NCBI GenBank assembly: GCA_964016885.1
Contig: OZ024766.1
Span: 13,144,001-13,208,000 of the forward strand
Source: Eledone cirrhosa
Lineage: Eukaryota
DNA: 64,000 nt
Direction of reading: 5' to 3'
The first letter of the stretch is position 1. Every line of letters starts with the position of its first letter. A model generated the notes under the pieces. The model was not told where the DNA came from and did not search any database. It worked only from the letters and a program-made list of their open reading frames with translations. Made by a program: the position numbers and the translations under genes. Shown here one piece after another: positions 10,601 through 24,442 of the stretch.

Positions 10601-13600
10601 AGTACTCTCTGAGTAGTGACCTGGTCTGTGATAACCTGTCCGAGAGGTCAGTGCCTCTCTCTGAGTACTGACCTGGTCTCTGATGACCTGTCCGAGAGGT
10701 CAGTACTCTGAGTAGTGACCTGGTCTGTGATGACCTGTCCGAGAGGTCAGTACTCTGAGTAGTGACCTGGTCTGTGATGACCTGTCCGAGAGGTCAGTAC
10801 TCTGAGTACTGACCTGGTCTGTGATGACCTGTCTGAGAGGTCAGTGGCTCTCTCTGAGTAGTGACCTGGTCTGTGATGACCTGTCTGAGAAGTCAGTACT
10901 CTGAGTAGTGACCTGGTCTGTGATGACCTGTCCGAGAGGTCAGTGACTCTCTCTGAGTAGTGACCTGTCCGAGAGGTCAGTACTCTCTGAGTAGTGACCT
11001 GGTCTGTGATGACCTGTCCGAGAGGTCAGTGACTCTCTCTGAGTAGTGACCTGGTCTGTGATGACGTGTCCGAGAGGTCAGTGCCTCTCTCTGAGTACTG
11101 ACCTGGTCTGTGATGACCTGTCTGAGAGGTCAGTGGCTCTCTCTGAGTAGTTACCTGGTCTGTGATGACCTGTCCGAGAGGTCAGTACTCTCTGAGTAGT
11201 GACCCGGTCAGTGCCTCTCTCTGAGTAGTGACCTGGTCTGTGATGACCTGTCCGAGAGGTCAGTACTCTGAGTAGTGACCTGGTCTGTGATCTGTCCGAG
11301 AGGTCAGTACTCTCTGAGTAGTGACCTGGTCTGTGATAACCTGTCCGAGAGGTCAGTGCCTCTCTCTGAGTACTGACCTGGTCTCTGATGACCTGTCCGA
11401 GAGGTCAGTACTCTGAGTAGTGACCTGGTCTGTGATGACCTGTCCGAGAGGTCAGTACTCTGAGTAGTGACCTGGTCTGTGATGACCTGTCCGAGAGGTC
11501 AGTACTCTGAGTACTGACCTGGTCTGTGATGACCTGTCTGAGAGGTCGGTGGCTCTCTCTGAGTAGTGACCTGGTCTGTGATGACCTGTCTGAGAAGTCA
11601 GTACTCTGAGTAGTGACCTGGTCTGTGATGACCTGTCCAAGAGGTCAGTACTCTCTGAGTACTGACCTGGTCTGTGATGACCTGTCCGAGAGGTCAGTGA
11701 CTCTCTCTGAGTAGTGACCTGTCCGAGAGGTCAGTACTCTCTGAGTAGTGACCTGGTCTGTGATGACCTGTCCGAGAGGTCAGTGACTCTCTCTGAGTAG
11801 TGACCTGGTCTGTGATGACCTGTCCGATAGGTCAGTGCTCTCTCTCTGAGTACTGACCTGGTCTGTGATGACCTGTCCGAGAGGTCAGTACTCTCTGAGT
11901 AGTGACCTGGTCTGTGATGACCTGTCCGAGAGGTCAGTGGCTCTCTCTGAGTAGTGACCTTGTCTGTGATGACCTGTCCGAGAGGTCAGTACTCTCTGAG
12001 TAGTGACCTGGTCTGTGATGACCTGTCCGAGAAGTCAGTGGCTCTCTCTGAGTACTGACCTGGTCTGTGATGACCTGTCCGAGAGGTCAATGGCTCTCTC
12101 TGAGTAGTGACCTGGTCTGTGATGACCTGTCCGAGAGGTCAGTACTCTCTGAGTAGTGACCTGGTCTGTGATGACCTGTCCGAGAGGTCAGTGGCTCTCT
12201 CTGAGTAGTGACCTGGTCTGTGATGACCTGTCCGAGAGGTCAGTACTCTCTGAGTAGTGACCTGGTCTGTGATGACCTGTCCGAGAGGTCAGTGGCTCTC
12301 TGAGTAGTGACCTGGTCTGTGATGACCTGTCCGAGAGGTCAGTACTCTCTGTGTAGTGACCTGGTCTGTAATGACCTGTCCGAGAGGTCAGTGACTCTCT
12401 CTGAGTAGTGACCTGGTCTGTGATGACCTGTCCGAGAGGTCAGTGCTCTCTGAGTAGTGACCTGGTCTGTGATGACCTGTCCGAGAGGTCAGTGGCTCTC
12501 TGAGTAGTGACCTGGTCTGTGATGACTGTCCGAGAGGTCTACTCTCTGAGTAGTGACCTGGTCTGTGATGACCTGTCTGAGAGGTCAGTGGCTCTCTGAG
12601 TAGTAACCTGGTCTGTGATGACCTGTCTGAGAGGTCAGTACTCTCTGAGTAGTGACCTGGTCTGTGATGACCTGTCCGAGAGGTCAGTACTCTCTCTGAG
12701 TAGTGACCTGGTCTGTGATGACCTGTCCGAGAGGTCAGTACTCTCTCTGAGTAGTGACCTGGTCTGTGATGACCTGTCTGAGAGGTCAGTGGCTCTCTCT
12801 GAGTAGTGACCTGGTCTGTGATGACCTGTCTGAGAGGTCAGTACTCTCTGAGTAGTGACCTGGTCTGTGATGACCTGTCCGAGAGGTCAGTACTCTCTGA
12901 GTAGTGACCTGGTCTGTGATGACCTGTATGAGAGGTCAGTACTCTCTGAGTAGTGACCTGGTCTGTGATGACCTGTCCGAGAGGTCAGTGCCTCTCTGAG
13001 TAGTGACCTGGTCTGTGATGACCTGTCCGAGAGGTCAGTACTCTCTGAGTAGTGACCTGGTCTGTGATGACCTGTCCGAGAGGTCAGTGCCTCTCTCTGA
13101 GTACTGACCTGGTCTGTGATGACCTGTCCGAGAGGTCAGTACTCTCTGAGTAGTGACCTGGTCTGTGATGACCTATCCGAGAGGTCAGTACTCTAAGTAC
13201 TGACCTGGTCTGTGATGACCTGTCTGAGAGATCAGTGGCTCTCTCTGAGTAGTGACCTGGTCTGTGATGACCTGTCTGAGAGGTTAGTACTCTCTCAGTA
13301 GTGACCTGGTCTGTGATGATCTGTCCGAGAGGTCTGTACTCTGAGTACTGTCCTGGTCTGTGATGACCTGTCCGAGAGGTCAGTACTCTGAGTAGTGACC
13401 TGGTCTGTGATGACCTGTCCGAGAGGTCAGTACTCTGAGTACTGACCTGGTCTGTGATGACCTGTCTGAGAAGTCAGTACTCTGAGTAGTGACCTGGTCT
13501 GTGATGACCTGTCCAAGAGGTCAGTACTCTCTGAGTACTGACCTGGTCTGTGATGACCTGTCCGAGAGGTCAGTACTCAGAGAGTACTGACCTGGTCTGT

Positions 13601-16600
13601 GATGACCTGTCCGAGAGGTCAGTGACTCTCTCTGAGTAGTGACCTGTCCGAGAGGTCAGTACTCTCTGAGTAGTGACCTGGTCTGTGATGACCTGTCCGA
13701 GAGGTCAGTGACTCTCTCTGAGTAGTGACCTGGTCTGTGATGACCTGTCCGAGAGGTCAGTACTCTCTCTGAGTACTGACCTGGTCTGTGATGACCTGTC
13801 CGAGAGGTCAGTGCTCTCTCTCTGAGTACTGACCTGGTCTGTGATGACCTGTCCGAGAGGTCAGTACTCTCTGAGTAGTGACCTGGTCTGTGATGACCTG
13901 TCCGAGAGGTCAGTGGCTCTCTCTGAGTAGTGACCTTGTCTGTGATGACCTGTCCGAGAGGTCAGTACTCTCTGAGTAGTGACCTGGTCTGTGATGACCT
14001 GTATGAGAGGTCAGTGACTCTCTCTGAGTAGTGACCTGGTCTGTGATGACCTGTCCGAGAGGTCAGTGGCTCTCTCTGAGTACTGACCTGGTCTGTGATG
14101 ACCTGTCCGAGAGGTCAATGGCTCTCTCTGAGTAGTGACCTGGTCTGTGATGACCTGTCCGAGAGGTCAGTACTCTCTGAGTAGTGACCTGGTCTGTGAT
14201 GACCTGTCCGAGAGGTCAGTGACTCTCTCTGAGTAGTGACCTGGTCTGTGATGACCTGTCCGAGAGGTCAGTACTCTCTGAGTAGTGACCTGGTCTGTGA
14301 TGACCTGTCTGAGAGGTCAGTGTCTCTCTCTGAGTAGTGACCTGGTCTGTGATGACCTGTCCGAGAGGTCAGTACTCTCTGAGTAGTGACCTGGTCTGTG
14401 ATGACCTGTCCGAGAGGTCAGTGGCTCTCTCTGAGTAGTGACCTGGTCTGTGATGACCTGTCCGAGAGGTCAGTACTCTCTGAGTAGTGACCTGGTCTGT
14501 GATGACCTGTCCGAGAGGTCAGTGGCTCTCTGAGTAGTGACCTGGTCTGTGATGACCTGTCCGAGAGGTCAGTACTCTCTGTGTAGTGACCTGGTCTGTA
14601 ATGACCTGTCCGAGAGGTCAGTGACTCTCTCTGAGTAGTGACCTGGTCTGTGATGACCTGTCCGAGAGGTCAGTGCTCTCTGAGTAGTGACCTGGTCTGT
14701 GATGACCTGTCCGAGAGGTCAGTGGCTCTCTGAGTAGTGACCTGGTCTGTGATGACTGTCCGAGAGGTCTACTCTCTGAGTAGTGACCTGGTCTGTGATG
14801 ACCTGTCTGAGAGGTCAGTGGCTCTCTGAGTAGTAACCTGGTCTGTGATGACCTGTCTGAGAGGTCAGTACTCTCTGAGTAGTGACCTGGTCTGTGATGA
14901 CCTGTCCGAGAGGTCAGTACTCTCTCTGAGTAGTGACCTGGTCTGTGATGACCTGTCCGAGAGGTCAGTACTCTCTCTGAGTAGTGACCTGGTCTGTGAT
15001 GACCTGTCTGAGAGGTCAGTGGCTCTCTCTGAGTAGTGACCTGGTCTGTGATGACCTGTCTGAGAGGTCAGTACTCTCTGAGTAGTGACCTGGTCTGTGA
15101 TGACCTGTCCGAGAGGTCAGTACTCTCTGAGTAGTGACCTGGTCTGTGATGACCTGTATGAGAGGTCAGTACTCTCTGAGTAGTGACCTGGTCTGTGATG
15201 ACCTGTCCGAGAGGTCAGTGCCTCTCTGAGTAGTGACCTGGTCTGTGATGACCTGTCCGAGAGGTCAGTACTCTCTGAGTAGTGACCTGGTCTGTGATGA
15301 CCTGTCCGAGAGGTCAGTGCCTCTCTCTGAGTACTGACCTGGTCTGTGATGACCTGTCCGAGAGGTCAGTACTCTCTGAGTAGTGACCTGGTCTGTGATG
15401 ACCTATCCGAGAGGTCAGTACTCTAAGTACTGACCTGGTCTGTGATGACCTGTCTGAGAGATCAGTGGCTCTCTCTGAGTAGTGACCTGGTCTGTGATGA
15501 CCTGTCTGAGAGGTTAGTACTCTCTCAGTAGTGACCTGGTCTGTGATGATCTGTCCGAGAGGTCTGTACTCTGAGTACTGTCCTGGTCTGTGATGACCTG
15601 TCCGAGAGGTCAGTACTCTGAGTAGTGACCTGGTCTGTGATGACCTGTCCGAGAGGTCAGTACTCTGAGTACTGACCTGGTCTGTGATGACCTGTCTGAG
15701 AAGTCAGTACTCTGAGTAGTGACCTGGTCTGTGATGACCTGTCCAAGAGGTCAGTACTCTCTGAGTACTGACCTGGTCTGTGATGACCTGTCCGAGAGGT
15801 CAGTACTCAGAGAGTACTGACCTGGTCTGTGATGACCTGTCCGAGAGGTCAGTGACTCTCTCTGAGTAGTGACCTGTCCGAGAGGTCAGTACTCTCTGAG
15901 TAGTGACCTGGTCTGTGATGACCTGTCCGAGAGGTCAGTGACTCTCTCTGAGTAGTGACCTGGTCTGTGATGACCTGTCCGAGAGGTCAGTACTCTCTCT
16001 GAGTACTGACCTGGTCTGTGATGACCTGTCCGAGAGGTCAGTGCTCTCTCTCTGAGTACTGACCTGGTCTGTGATGACCTGTCCGAGAGGTCAGTACTCT
16101 CTGAGTAGTGACCTGGTCTGTGATGACCTGTCCGAGAGGTCAGTGGCTCTCTCTGAGTAGTGACCTTGTCTGTGATGACCTGTCCGAGAGGTCAGTACTC
16201 TCTGAGTAGTGACCTGGTCTGTGATGACCTGTATGAGAGGTCAGTGACTCTCTCTGAGTAGTGACCTAGTCTGTGATGACCTGTCCGAGAGGTCAGTGGC
16301 TCTCTCTGAGTACTGACCTGGTCTGTGATGACCTGTCCGAGAGGTCAATGGCTCTCTCTGAGTAGTGACCTGGTCTGTGATGACCTGTCCGAGAGGTCAG
16401 TACTCTCTGAGTAGTGACCTGGTCTGTGATGACCTGTCCGAGAGGTCAGTGACTCTCTCTGAGTAGTGACCTGGTCTGTGATGACCTGTCCGAGAGGTCA
16501 GTACTCTCTGAGTAGTGACCTGGTCTGTGATGACCTGTCTGAGAGGTCAGTGTCTCTCTCTGAGTAGTGACCTGGTCTGTGATGACCTGTCCGAGAGGTC

Positions 16601-19600
16601 AGTACTCTCTGAGTAGTGACCTGGTCTGTGATGACCTGTCTGAGAGGTCAGTGGCTCTCTCTGAGTAGTGACCTGGTCTGTGATGACCTGTCCGAGAGGT
16701 CAGTACTTTGAGTAGTGACCTGGTCTGTGATGACCTGTCCGAGAGGTCAGTACTCTCTGAGTAGTGACCTGGTCTGTGATGACCTGTCCGAGAGGTCAGT
16801 GGCTCTCTGAGTAGTGACCTGGTCTGTGATGACCTGTCCGAGAGGTCAGTACTCTCTGTGTAGTGACCTGGTCTGTGATGACCTGTCCGAGAGGTCAGTG
16901 ACTCTCTCTGAGTAGTGACCTGGTCTGAGATGACCTGTCCGAGAGGTCAGTGCTCTCTGAGTAGTGACCTGGTCTGTGATGACCTGTCCGAGAGGTCAGT
17001 GGCTCTCTCTGAGTAGTGACCTGGTCTGTGATGACCTGTCAGAGGTCAGTGGCTCTCTGAGTAGTAACCTGGTCTGTGATGACCTGTCTGAGAGGTCAGT
17101 ACTCTCTGAGTAGTGACCTGGTCTGTGATGACCTGTCCGAGAGGTCAGTACTCTCTCTGAGTAGTGACCTGGTCTGTGATGACCTGTCCGAGAGGTCAGT
17201 ACTCTCTCTGAGTAGTGACCTGGTCTGTGATGACCTGTCTGAGAGGTCAGTGGCTCTCTGAGTAGTAACCTGGTCTGTGATGACCTGTCTGAGAGGTCAG
17301 TACTCTCTGAGTAGTGACCTGGTCTGTGATGACCTGTCCGAGAGGTCAGTGCCTCTCTCTGAGTATTGACCTGGTCTGTGATGACCTATCCGAGAGGTCA
17401 GTACTCTGAGTACTGACCTGGTCTGTGATGACCTGTCTGAGAGGTCAGTGGCTCTCTCTGAGTAGTGACCTGGTCTGTGATGACCTGTCTGAGAGGTCAG
17501 TACTCTGAGTAGTGACCTGGTCTGTGATGACCTGTCCGAGAGGTCTGTACTCTGAGTACTGACCTGGTCAGTGATTACCTGTCCGAGAGGTCAGTACTCT
17601 CTGAGTACTGACCTGGTCTGTGATGACCTGTCTGAGAGGTCAGTACTCTTTGAGTAGTGACCTGGTCTGTGATGACCTGTCCGAGAGGTCAGTACTCTCT
17701 GAGTAGTGACCTGGTCTGTGATGACCTGTCTGCGAGGTCAGTACTCTCTGAGTAGTGACCTTGTCTGTGATGACCTGTCTGAGAGGTCAGTACTCTCTGA
17801 GTAGTGACCTGGTCTGTGGTGACCTGTCCGAGAGGTCAGTACTCTCTGAGTAGTGACCTGGTCTGTGATGACCTGTCCGAGAGGTCAGTACTCTCTGAGT
17901 AGTGACCTGGTATGTGATGACCTGTCTGAGAGGTCAGTGACTCTCTGAGTAGTGACCTGGTCTGTGATGACCTGTCCGAGAGGTCAGTACTCTGAGTAGT
18001 GACCTGGTCTGTGATGACCTGTCCGAGAGGTCAGTGACTCTCTGAGTAGTGACCTGGTCTGTGATGACCTGTCCGAGAGGTCAGTACTCTGAGTAGTGAC
18101 CTGGTCTGTGATGACCTGTCCGAGAGGTCAGTACTCTCTGAGTAGTGACCTGGTCTGTGATGACCTGTCTGAGAGGTCAGTGACTCTCTGAGTAGTGACC
18201 TGGTCTGTGATGACCTGTCCGAGAGGTCAGTACTCTGAGTAGTGACCTGGTCTGTGATGACCTGTCTGAGAGGTCAGTACTCTCTGAGTAGTGACCTGGT
18301 CTGTGATGACCTGTCCGAGAGGTCAGTACTCTCTGAGTAGTGACCTGGTCTGTGATGACCTGTCCTAGCGGTCAGTGACTCTCTCTGAGTAGTGACCTGG
18401 TCTGTGATGACCTGTCTGAGAGGTCAGTGACTCTCTGAGTAGTGACCTGGTCTGTGATGACCTGTCCGAGAGGTCAGTACTCTCTGAGTAGTGACCTGGT
18501 CTGTGATGACCTGTCTGAGAGGTCAGTGGCTCTCTCTGAGTAGTGACCTGGTCTGTGATGACCTGTCCGAGAGGTCAGTACTCTCTGAGTAGTGACCTGG
18601 TTTGTGATGACATGTCCGAGAGGTCAGTGGCTCTCTCTGAGTAGTGACCTGGTCTGTGATGACCTGTCCGAGAGGTCAGTGGCTCTCTCTGAGTAGTGAC
18701 CTGGTCTGTGATGACCTGTATGAGGTCAGTACTCTCTCAGTAGTGACCTGGTCTGTGATGACCTGTCCGAGAGGTCAGTACTCTCTGAGTACTGACCTGG
18801 TCTGTGATGACCTGTCAGAGAGGTCAGTACTCTCTGAGTAGTGACCTGGTCTGTGATGACCTGTCCGAGAGGTCAGTACTCTCTGAGTACTGACCTGGTC
18901 TGTGATGACCTGTCCGAGAGGTCAGTACTCTCTCTGAGTAGTGACCTGGTCTGTGATTACCTGTCTGAGAGGTCAGTGGCTCTCTCTGAGTAGTGACCTG
19001 GTCTGTGATGACCTGTCTGAGAGGTCAGTACTCTCTGAGTAGTGACCTGGTCTGTGATGACCTGTCCGAGAGGTCAGTACTCTCTGAGTAGTGACCTGGT
19101 CTGTGATGACCTGTATGTGAGGTCAGTACTCTCTGAGTAGTGACCTGGTCTGTGATGACCTGTCCGAGAGGTCAGTACTCTGAGTAGTGACCTGGTCTGT
19201 GATGACCTGTCCGAGAGGTCAGTACTCTCTGAGTAGTGACCTGGTCTGTGATGACCTGTCCGAGAGGTCAGTACTCTCTGAGTAGTGACCTGGTCTGTAA
19301 TGACCTGTCCGAGAGGTCAGTACTCTCTGAGTAGTGACCTGGTCTGTGATGACCTGTCCGAGAGGTCAGTACTCTCTGAGTAGTGACCTGGTCTGTGATG
19401 ACCTGTCCGAGAGGTCAGTACTCTCTGAGTAGTGACCTGGTCTGTGATGACCTGTCCGAGAGGTCAGTACTCTCTGAGTAGTGACCTGGTCTGTAATGAC
19501 CTGTCCGAGAGGTCAGTACTCTCTGAGTAGTGACCTGGTCTGTGATGACCTGTCCGAGAGGTCAGTACTCTCTGAGTAGTGACCTGGTCTGTGATGACCT

Positions 19601-22600
19601 GTCCGAGAGGTCAGTACTCTCTGAGTAGTGACCTGGTCTGTGATGACCTGTCCGAGAGGTCAGTACTCTCTGAGTAGTGACCTGGTCTGTGATGACCTGT
19701 CCGAGAGGTCAGTGGCTCTCTCTGAGTAGTGACCTTGTCTGTGATGACCTGTCCGAGAGGTCAGTACTCTCTGAGTAGTGACCTGGTCTGTGATGACCTG
19801 TATGAGAGGTCAGTGCTCTCTCTCTGAGTACTGACCTGGTCTGTGATGACCTGTCCGAGAGGTCAGTACTCTCTGAGTAGTGACCTGGTCTGTGATGACC
19901 TGTCCGAGAGGTCAGTGGCTCTCTCTGAGTAGTGACCTTGTCTGTGATGACCTGTCCGAGAGGTCAGTACTCTCTGAGTAGTGACCTGGTCTGTGATGAC
20001 CTGTATGAGAGGTCAGTGACTCTCTCTGAGTAGTGACCTGGTCTGTGATGACCTGTCCGAGAGGTCAGTGGCTCTCTCTGAGTACTGACCTGGTCTGTGA
20101 TGACCTGTCCGAGAGGTCAATGGCTCTCTCTGAGTAGTGACCTGGTCTGTGATGACCTGTCCGAGAGGTCAGTACTCTCTGAGTAGTGACCTGGTCTGTG
20201 ATGACCTGTCCGAGAGGTCAGTGACTCTCTCTGAGTAGTGACCTGGTCTGTGATGACCTGTCCGAGAGGTCAGTACTCTCTGAGTAGTGACCTGGTCTGT
20301 GATGACCTGTCTGAGAGGTCAGTGTCTCTCTCTGAGTAGTGACCTGGTCTGTGATGACCTGTCCGAGAGGTCAGTAGTCTCTGAGTAGTGACCTGGTCTG
20401 TGATGACCTGTCTGAGAGGTCAGTGGCTCTCTCTGAGTAGTGACCTGGTCTGTGATGACCTGTCCAAGTGTCAGTACTTTGAGTAGTGACCTGGTCTGTG
20501 ATGACCTGTCCGAGAGGTCAGTACTCTCTGAGTAGTGACCTGGTCTGTGATGACCTGTCCGAGAGGTCAGTGGCTCTCTGAGTAGTGACCTGGTCTGTGA
20601 TGACCTGTCCGAGAGGTCAGTACTCTCTGTGTAGTGACCTGGTCTGTGATGACCTGTCCGAGAGGTCAGTGACTCTCTCTGAGTAGTGACCTGGTCTGAG
20701 ATGACCTGTCCGAGAGGTCAGTGCTCTCTGAGTAGTGACCTGGTCTGTGATGACCTGTCCCAGAGGTCAGTGGCTCTCTCTGAGTAGTGACCTGGTCTGT
20801 GATGACCTGTCAGAGGTCAGTGGCTCTCTGAGTAGTAACCTGGTCTGTGATGACCTGTCTGAGAGGTCAGTACTCTCTGAGTAGTGACCTGGTCTGTGAT
20901 GACCTGTCCGAGAGGTCAGTACTCTCTCTGAGTAGTGACCTGGTCTGTGATGACCTGTCCGAGAGGTCAGTACTCTCTCTGAGTAGTGACCTGGTCTGTG
21001 ATGACCTGTCTGAGAGGTCAGTGGCTCTCTCTGAGTAGTGACCTGGTCTGTGATGACCTGTCTGAGAGGTCAGTACTCTCTGAGTAGTGACCTGGTCTGT
21101 GATGACCTGTCCGAGAGGTCAGTACTCTCTCTGAGTAGTGACCTGGTCTGTGATGACCTGTCCGAGAGGTCAGTACTCTCTCTGAGTAGTGACCTGGTCT
21201 GTGATGACCTGTCCGAGAGGTCAGTGCCTCTCTCTGAGTATTGACCTGGTCTGTGATGACCTGTCCGAGAGGTCAGTACTCTCTTAGTGACCTGGTCTGT
21301 GATGACCTATCCGAGAGGTCAGTACTCTGAGTACTGACCTGGTCTGTGATGACCTGTCTGAGAGGTCAGTGGCTCTCTCTGAGTAGTGACCTGGTCTGTG
21401 ATGACCTGTCTGAGAGGTCAGTACTCTGAGTAGTGACCTGGTCTGTGATGACCTGTCCGAGAGGTCTGTACTCTGAGTACTGACCTGGTCAGTGATTACC
21501 TGTCCGAGAGGTCAGTACTCTCTGAGTACTGACCTGGTCTGTGATGACCTGTCTGAGAGGTCAGTACTCTTTGAGTAGTGACCTGGTCTGTGATGACCTG
21601 TCCGAGAGGTCAGTACTCTCTGAGTAGTGACCTGGTCTGTGATGACCTGTCTGCGAGGTCAGTACTCTCTGAGTAGTGACCTTGTCTGTGATGACCTGTC
21701 TGAGAGGTCAGTACTCTCTGAGTAGTGACCTGGTCTGTGGTGACCTGTCCGAGAGGTCAGTACTCTCTGAGTAGTGACCTGGTCTGTGATGACCTGTCCG
21801 AGATGTCAGTGACTCTCTCTGAGTAGTGACCTGGTCAGTGATGACCTGTCTGAGAGGTCAGTACTCTCTGAGTAGTGACCTGGTCTGTGATGACCTGTCT
21901 GAGAGGTCAGTACTCTCTGAGTAGTGACCTGGTCTGTGATGACCTGTCCGAGAGGTCAGTATTCTGAGTAGTGATCTGGTCTGTGATGACCTGTCCGAGA
22001 GGTCAGTATTCTGAGTAGTGATCTGGTTTGTGATGACCTGTCCGAGAGGTCAGTACTCTCTGAGTAGTGACCTGGTCTGTGATGACCTGTCCGAGAGGTC
22101 AGTACTCTCTGAGTAGTGACCTGGTCTGTGATGACCTGTCCGAGAGGTCAGTACTTTCTCTGAGTAGTGACCTGGTCTGTGATGACCTGTCTGAGAGGTC
22201 AGTGGCTCTCTCTGAGTAGTGACCTGGTCTGTGATGACCTGTCCGAGAGGTCAGTACTCTCTGAGTAGTGACCTGGTCTGTGATGACCGGTCCGAGAGGT
22301 CAGTACTCTCTGAGGAGTGACCTGGTCTGTGATGACCTGTCTGAGAGGTCAGTGCTCTCTCTGAGTAGTGACCTGGTCTGTGATGACCTGTCCGAGAGGT
22401 CAGTACTCTCTGAGTAGTGACCTGGTCTGTGATGACCTGTCCGAGAGGTCAGTGGCTCTCTCTGAGTAGTGACCTGGTCTGTGATGACCTGTCCGAGAGG
22501 TCAGTACTCTCTGAGTAGTGACCTGGTCTGTAATGACCTGTCCGAGAGGTCAGTGCTCTCTGAGTAGTGACCTGGTCTGTCATGACCTGTCCGAGAGGTC

Positions 22601-24289
22601 AGTACTCTCTGAGTAGTGACCTGGTCTGTGATGACCTGTCCGAGAGTTCAGTACTCTCTGAGTAGTGACCTGGTCTGTGATGACCTGTCCGAGAGGTCAG
22701 TACTCCCTCTGAGTAGTGACCTGGTCTGTGATGACCTGTCCGAGAGGTCAGTACTCTCTGAGTACTGACCTGGTCTGTGATGACCTGTCCGAGAGGTCAG
22801 TACTCTCGGAGTATTGACCTGGTCTGTGATGACCTGTCCGAGAGGTTAGTGGCTCTCTCTGAGTACTGACCTGGTCTGTGATGACCTGTCAGAGGTCAGT
22901 GACTCTCTCTGAGTAGTGACCTGGTCTGTGATGACCTGTCTGAGAGGTCAGTACTCTCTGAGTAGTGACCTGGTCTGTGATGACCTGTCTGAGAGGTCAG
23001 TGACTCTATCTGAGTAGTGACCTGGTCTGTGATGACCTGTCCGACAGGTCAGTACTCTCTCTGAGTAGTGACCTGGTCTGTGATGACCTGTTTGAGAGGT
23101 CAGTGACTCTCTGAGTAGTGACCTGGTCTGTGATGACCTGTCCGAGAGGTCAGTACTCTCTCTGAGTAGTGACCTGGTCTGTGATGACCTGTCCGAGAGG
23201 TCAGTACTCTCTGAGTAGTGACCCGGTCTGTGATGACCTGTCCGAGAGGTCAGTACTCTCTCTGAGTAGTGACCTGGTCTGTGATGACCTGTCTGAGAGG
23301 TCAGTGACTATCTGAGTAGTGACCTGGTCTGTGATGACCTGTCCGAGAGGTCAGTGACTCTCTCTGAGTAGTGACCTGGTCTGTGATGACCTGTCCGAGA
23401 GGTCAATACTCTCTGAGTAGTGACCTGGTTTCTGATGACCTGTCCGAGAGGTTAGTGGCTCTCTCTGAGTACTGACCTGGTCTGTGATGACCTGTCAGAG
23501 GTCAGTGACTCTCTCTGAGTAATGACCTGGACTGTGATGACCTGTCTGAGAGGTCAGTACTCTCTGAGTAGTGACCTGGTCTGTGATGACCTGTCTGAGA
23601 GGTCAGTACTCTCTGAGTAGTGACCTGGTCTGTGATGACTTGTCCGAGAGGTTAGTGACTCTCTCTGAGTAGTGACCTGGTCTGTGATGACCTGTCCGAG
23701 AGGTCAGTGCTCTCTGAGTAGTGACCTGGTCTGTGATGACCTGTCTGAGAGGTCAGTACTCTCTGAGTAGTGACCTGGTCTGTGATGACCTGTCCGAGAG
23801 GTCAGTGACTCTCTCTGAGTAGTGACCTGGTCTGTGATGACCTGTCTGAGAGGTCAGTGACTCTCTCTGAGTAGTGACCTGGTCTGTGATGACCTGTCTG
23901 AGAGGTCAGTGACTCTCTCTGAGTAGTGACCTGGTCTGTGATGACCTGTCCGAGAGGTCAGTACTCTCTGAGTAGTGACCTGGTCTGTGATGACCTGTCT
24001 GAGAGGTCAGTGACTCTCTCTGAGTAGTGAGCTGGTCTGTGATGACCTGTCCGAGAGGTCAGTGACTCTCTCTGAGTAGTGACCTGGTCTGTGATGACCT
24101 GTCCGAGAGGTCAGTACTCTGAGTAGTGACCTGGTCTGTGATGACCTGTCCGAGAGGTTAGTGGCTCTCTCTGAGTACTGACCTGGTCTGTGATGACCTG
24201 TCAGAGGTCAGTGACTCTCTGAGTAGTGACCTGGTCTGTGATGACCTGTCTGAGAGGTCAGTACTCTCTGAGTAGTGACCTGGTCTGTG
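7672..24289 (+). repeat. ~49-bp satellite array, 16.6 kb (~335 monomers) with higher-order duplications
   Basis: Consensus GAGAGGTCAGTACTCTCTGAGTAGTGACCTGGTCTGTGATGACCTGTCC, with length variation in the (CT)n part. Diagnostic variants recur at offsets 705, 2230 and 3921 bp. Confidence 0.99.
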
Positions 24290-24362
24290 GATATAAAAGC
24301 ACTCGACAAATATTTGGAGTATATTTACAATATTAAATAAATGGAAAACTATATTTATAAAA

Positions 24363-24442
24363 CCATATTTATTTCATTATATATATTTCGGGGATATCAT
24401 ATTAACAATATGCTATGCCTTCATCAGACAAAATACAATATA
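24363..24442 (-). ncRNA. Type I hammerhead ribozyme motif (family A, antisense copy)
   Basis: Reverse complement of the 27648-27727 motif; TCATCAG at 24421-24427. Confidence 0.7.

Noticed and set aside
5381-24289. CRISPR-like regular repeats
   Set aside because: No unique spacers and no cas genes; head-to-tail satellites in eukaryotic context.
7672-24289. Hammerhead satellite (as in newt or schistosome satellites) from CTGTGATGA
   Set aside because: The core is not CUGANGA and the monomer has no GAAA.
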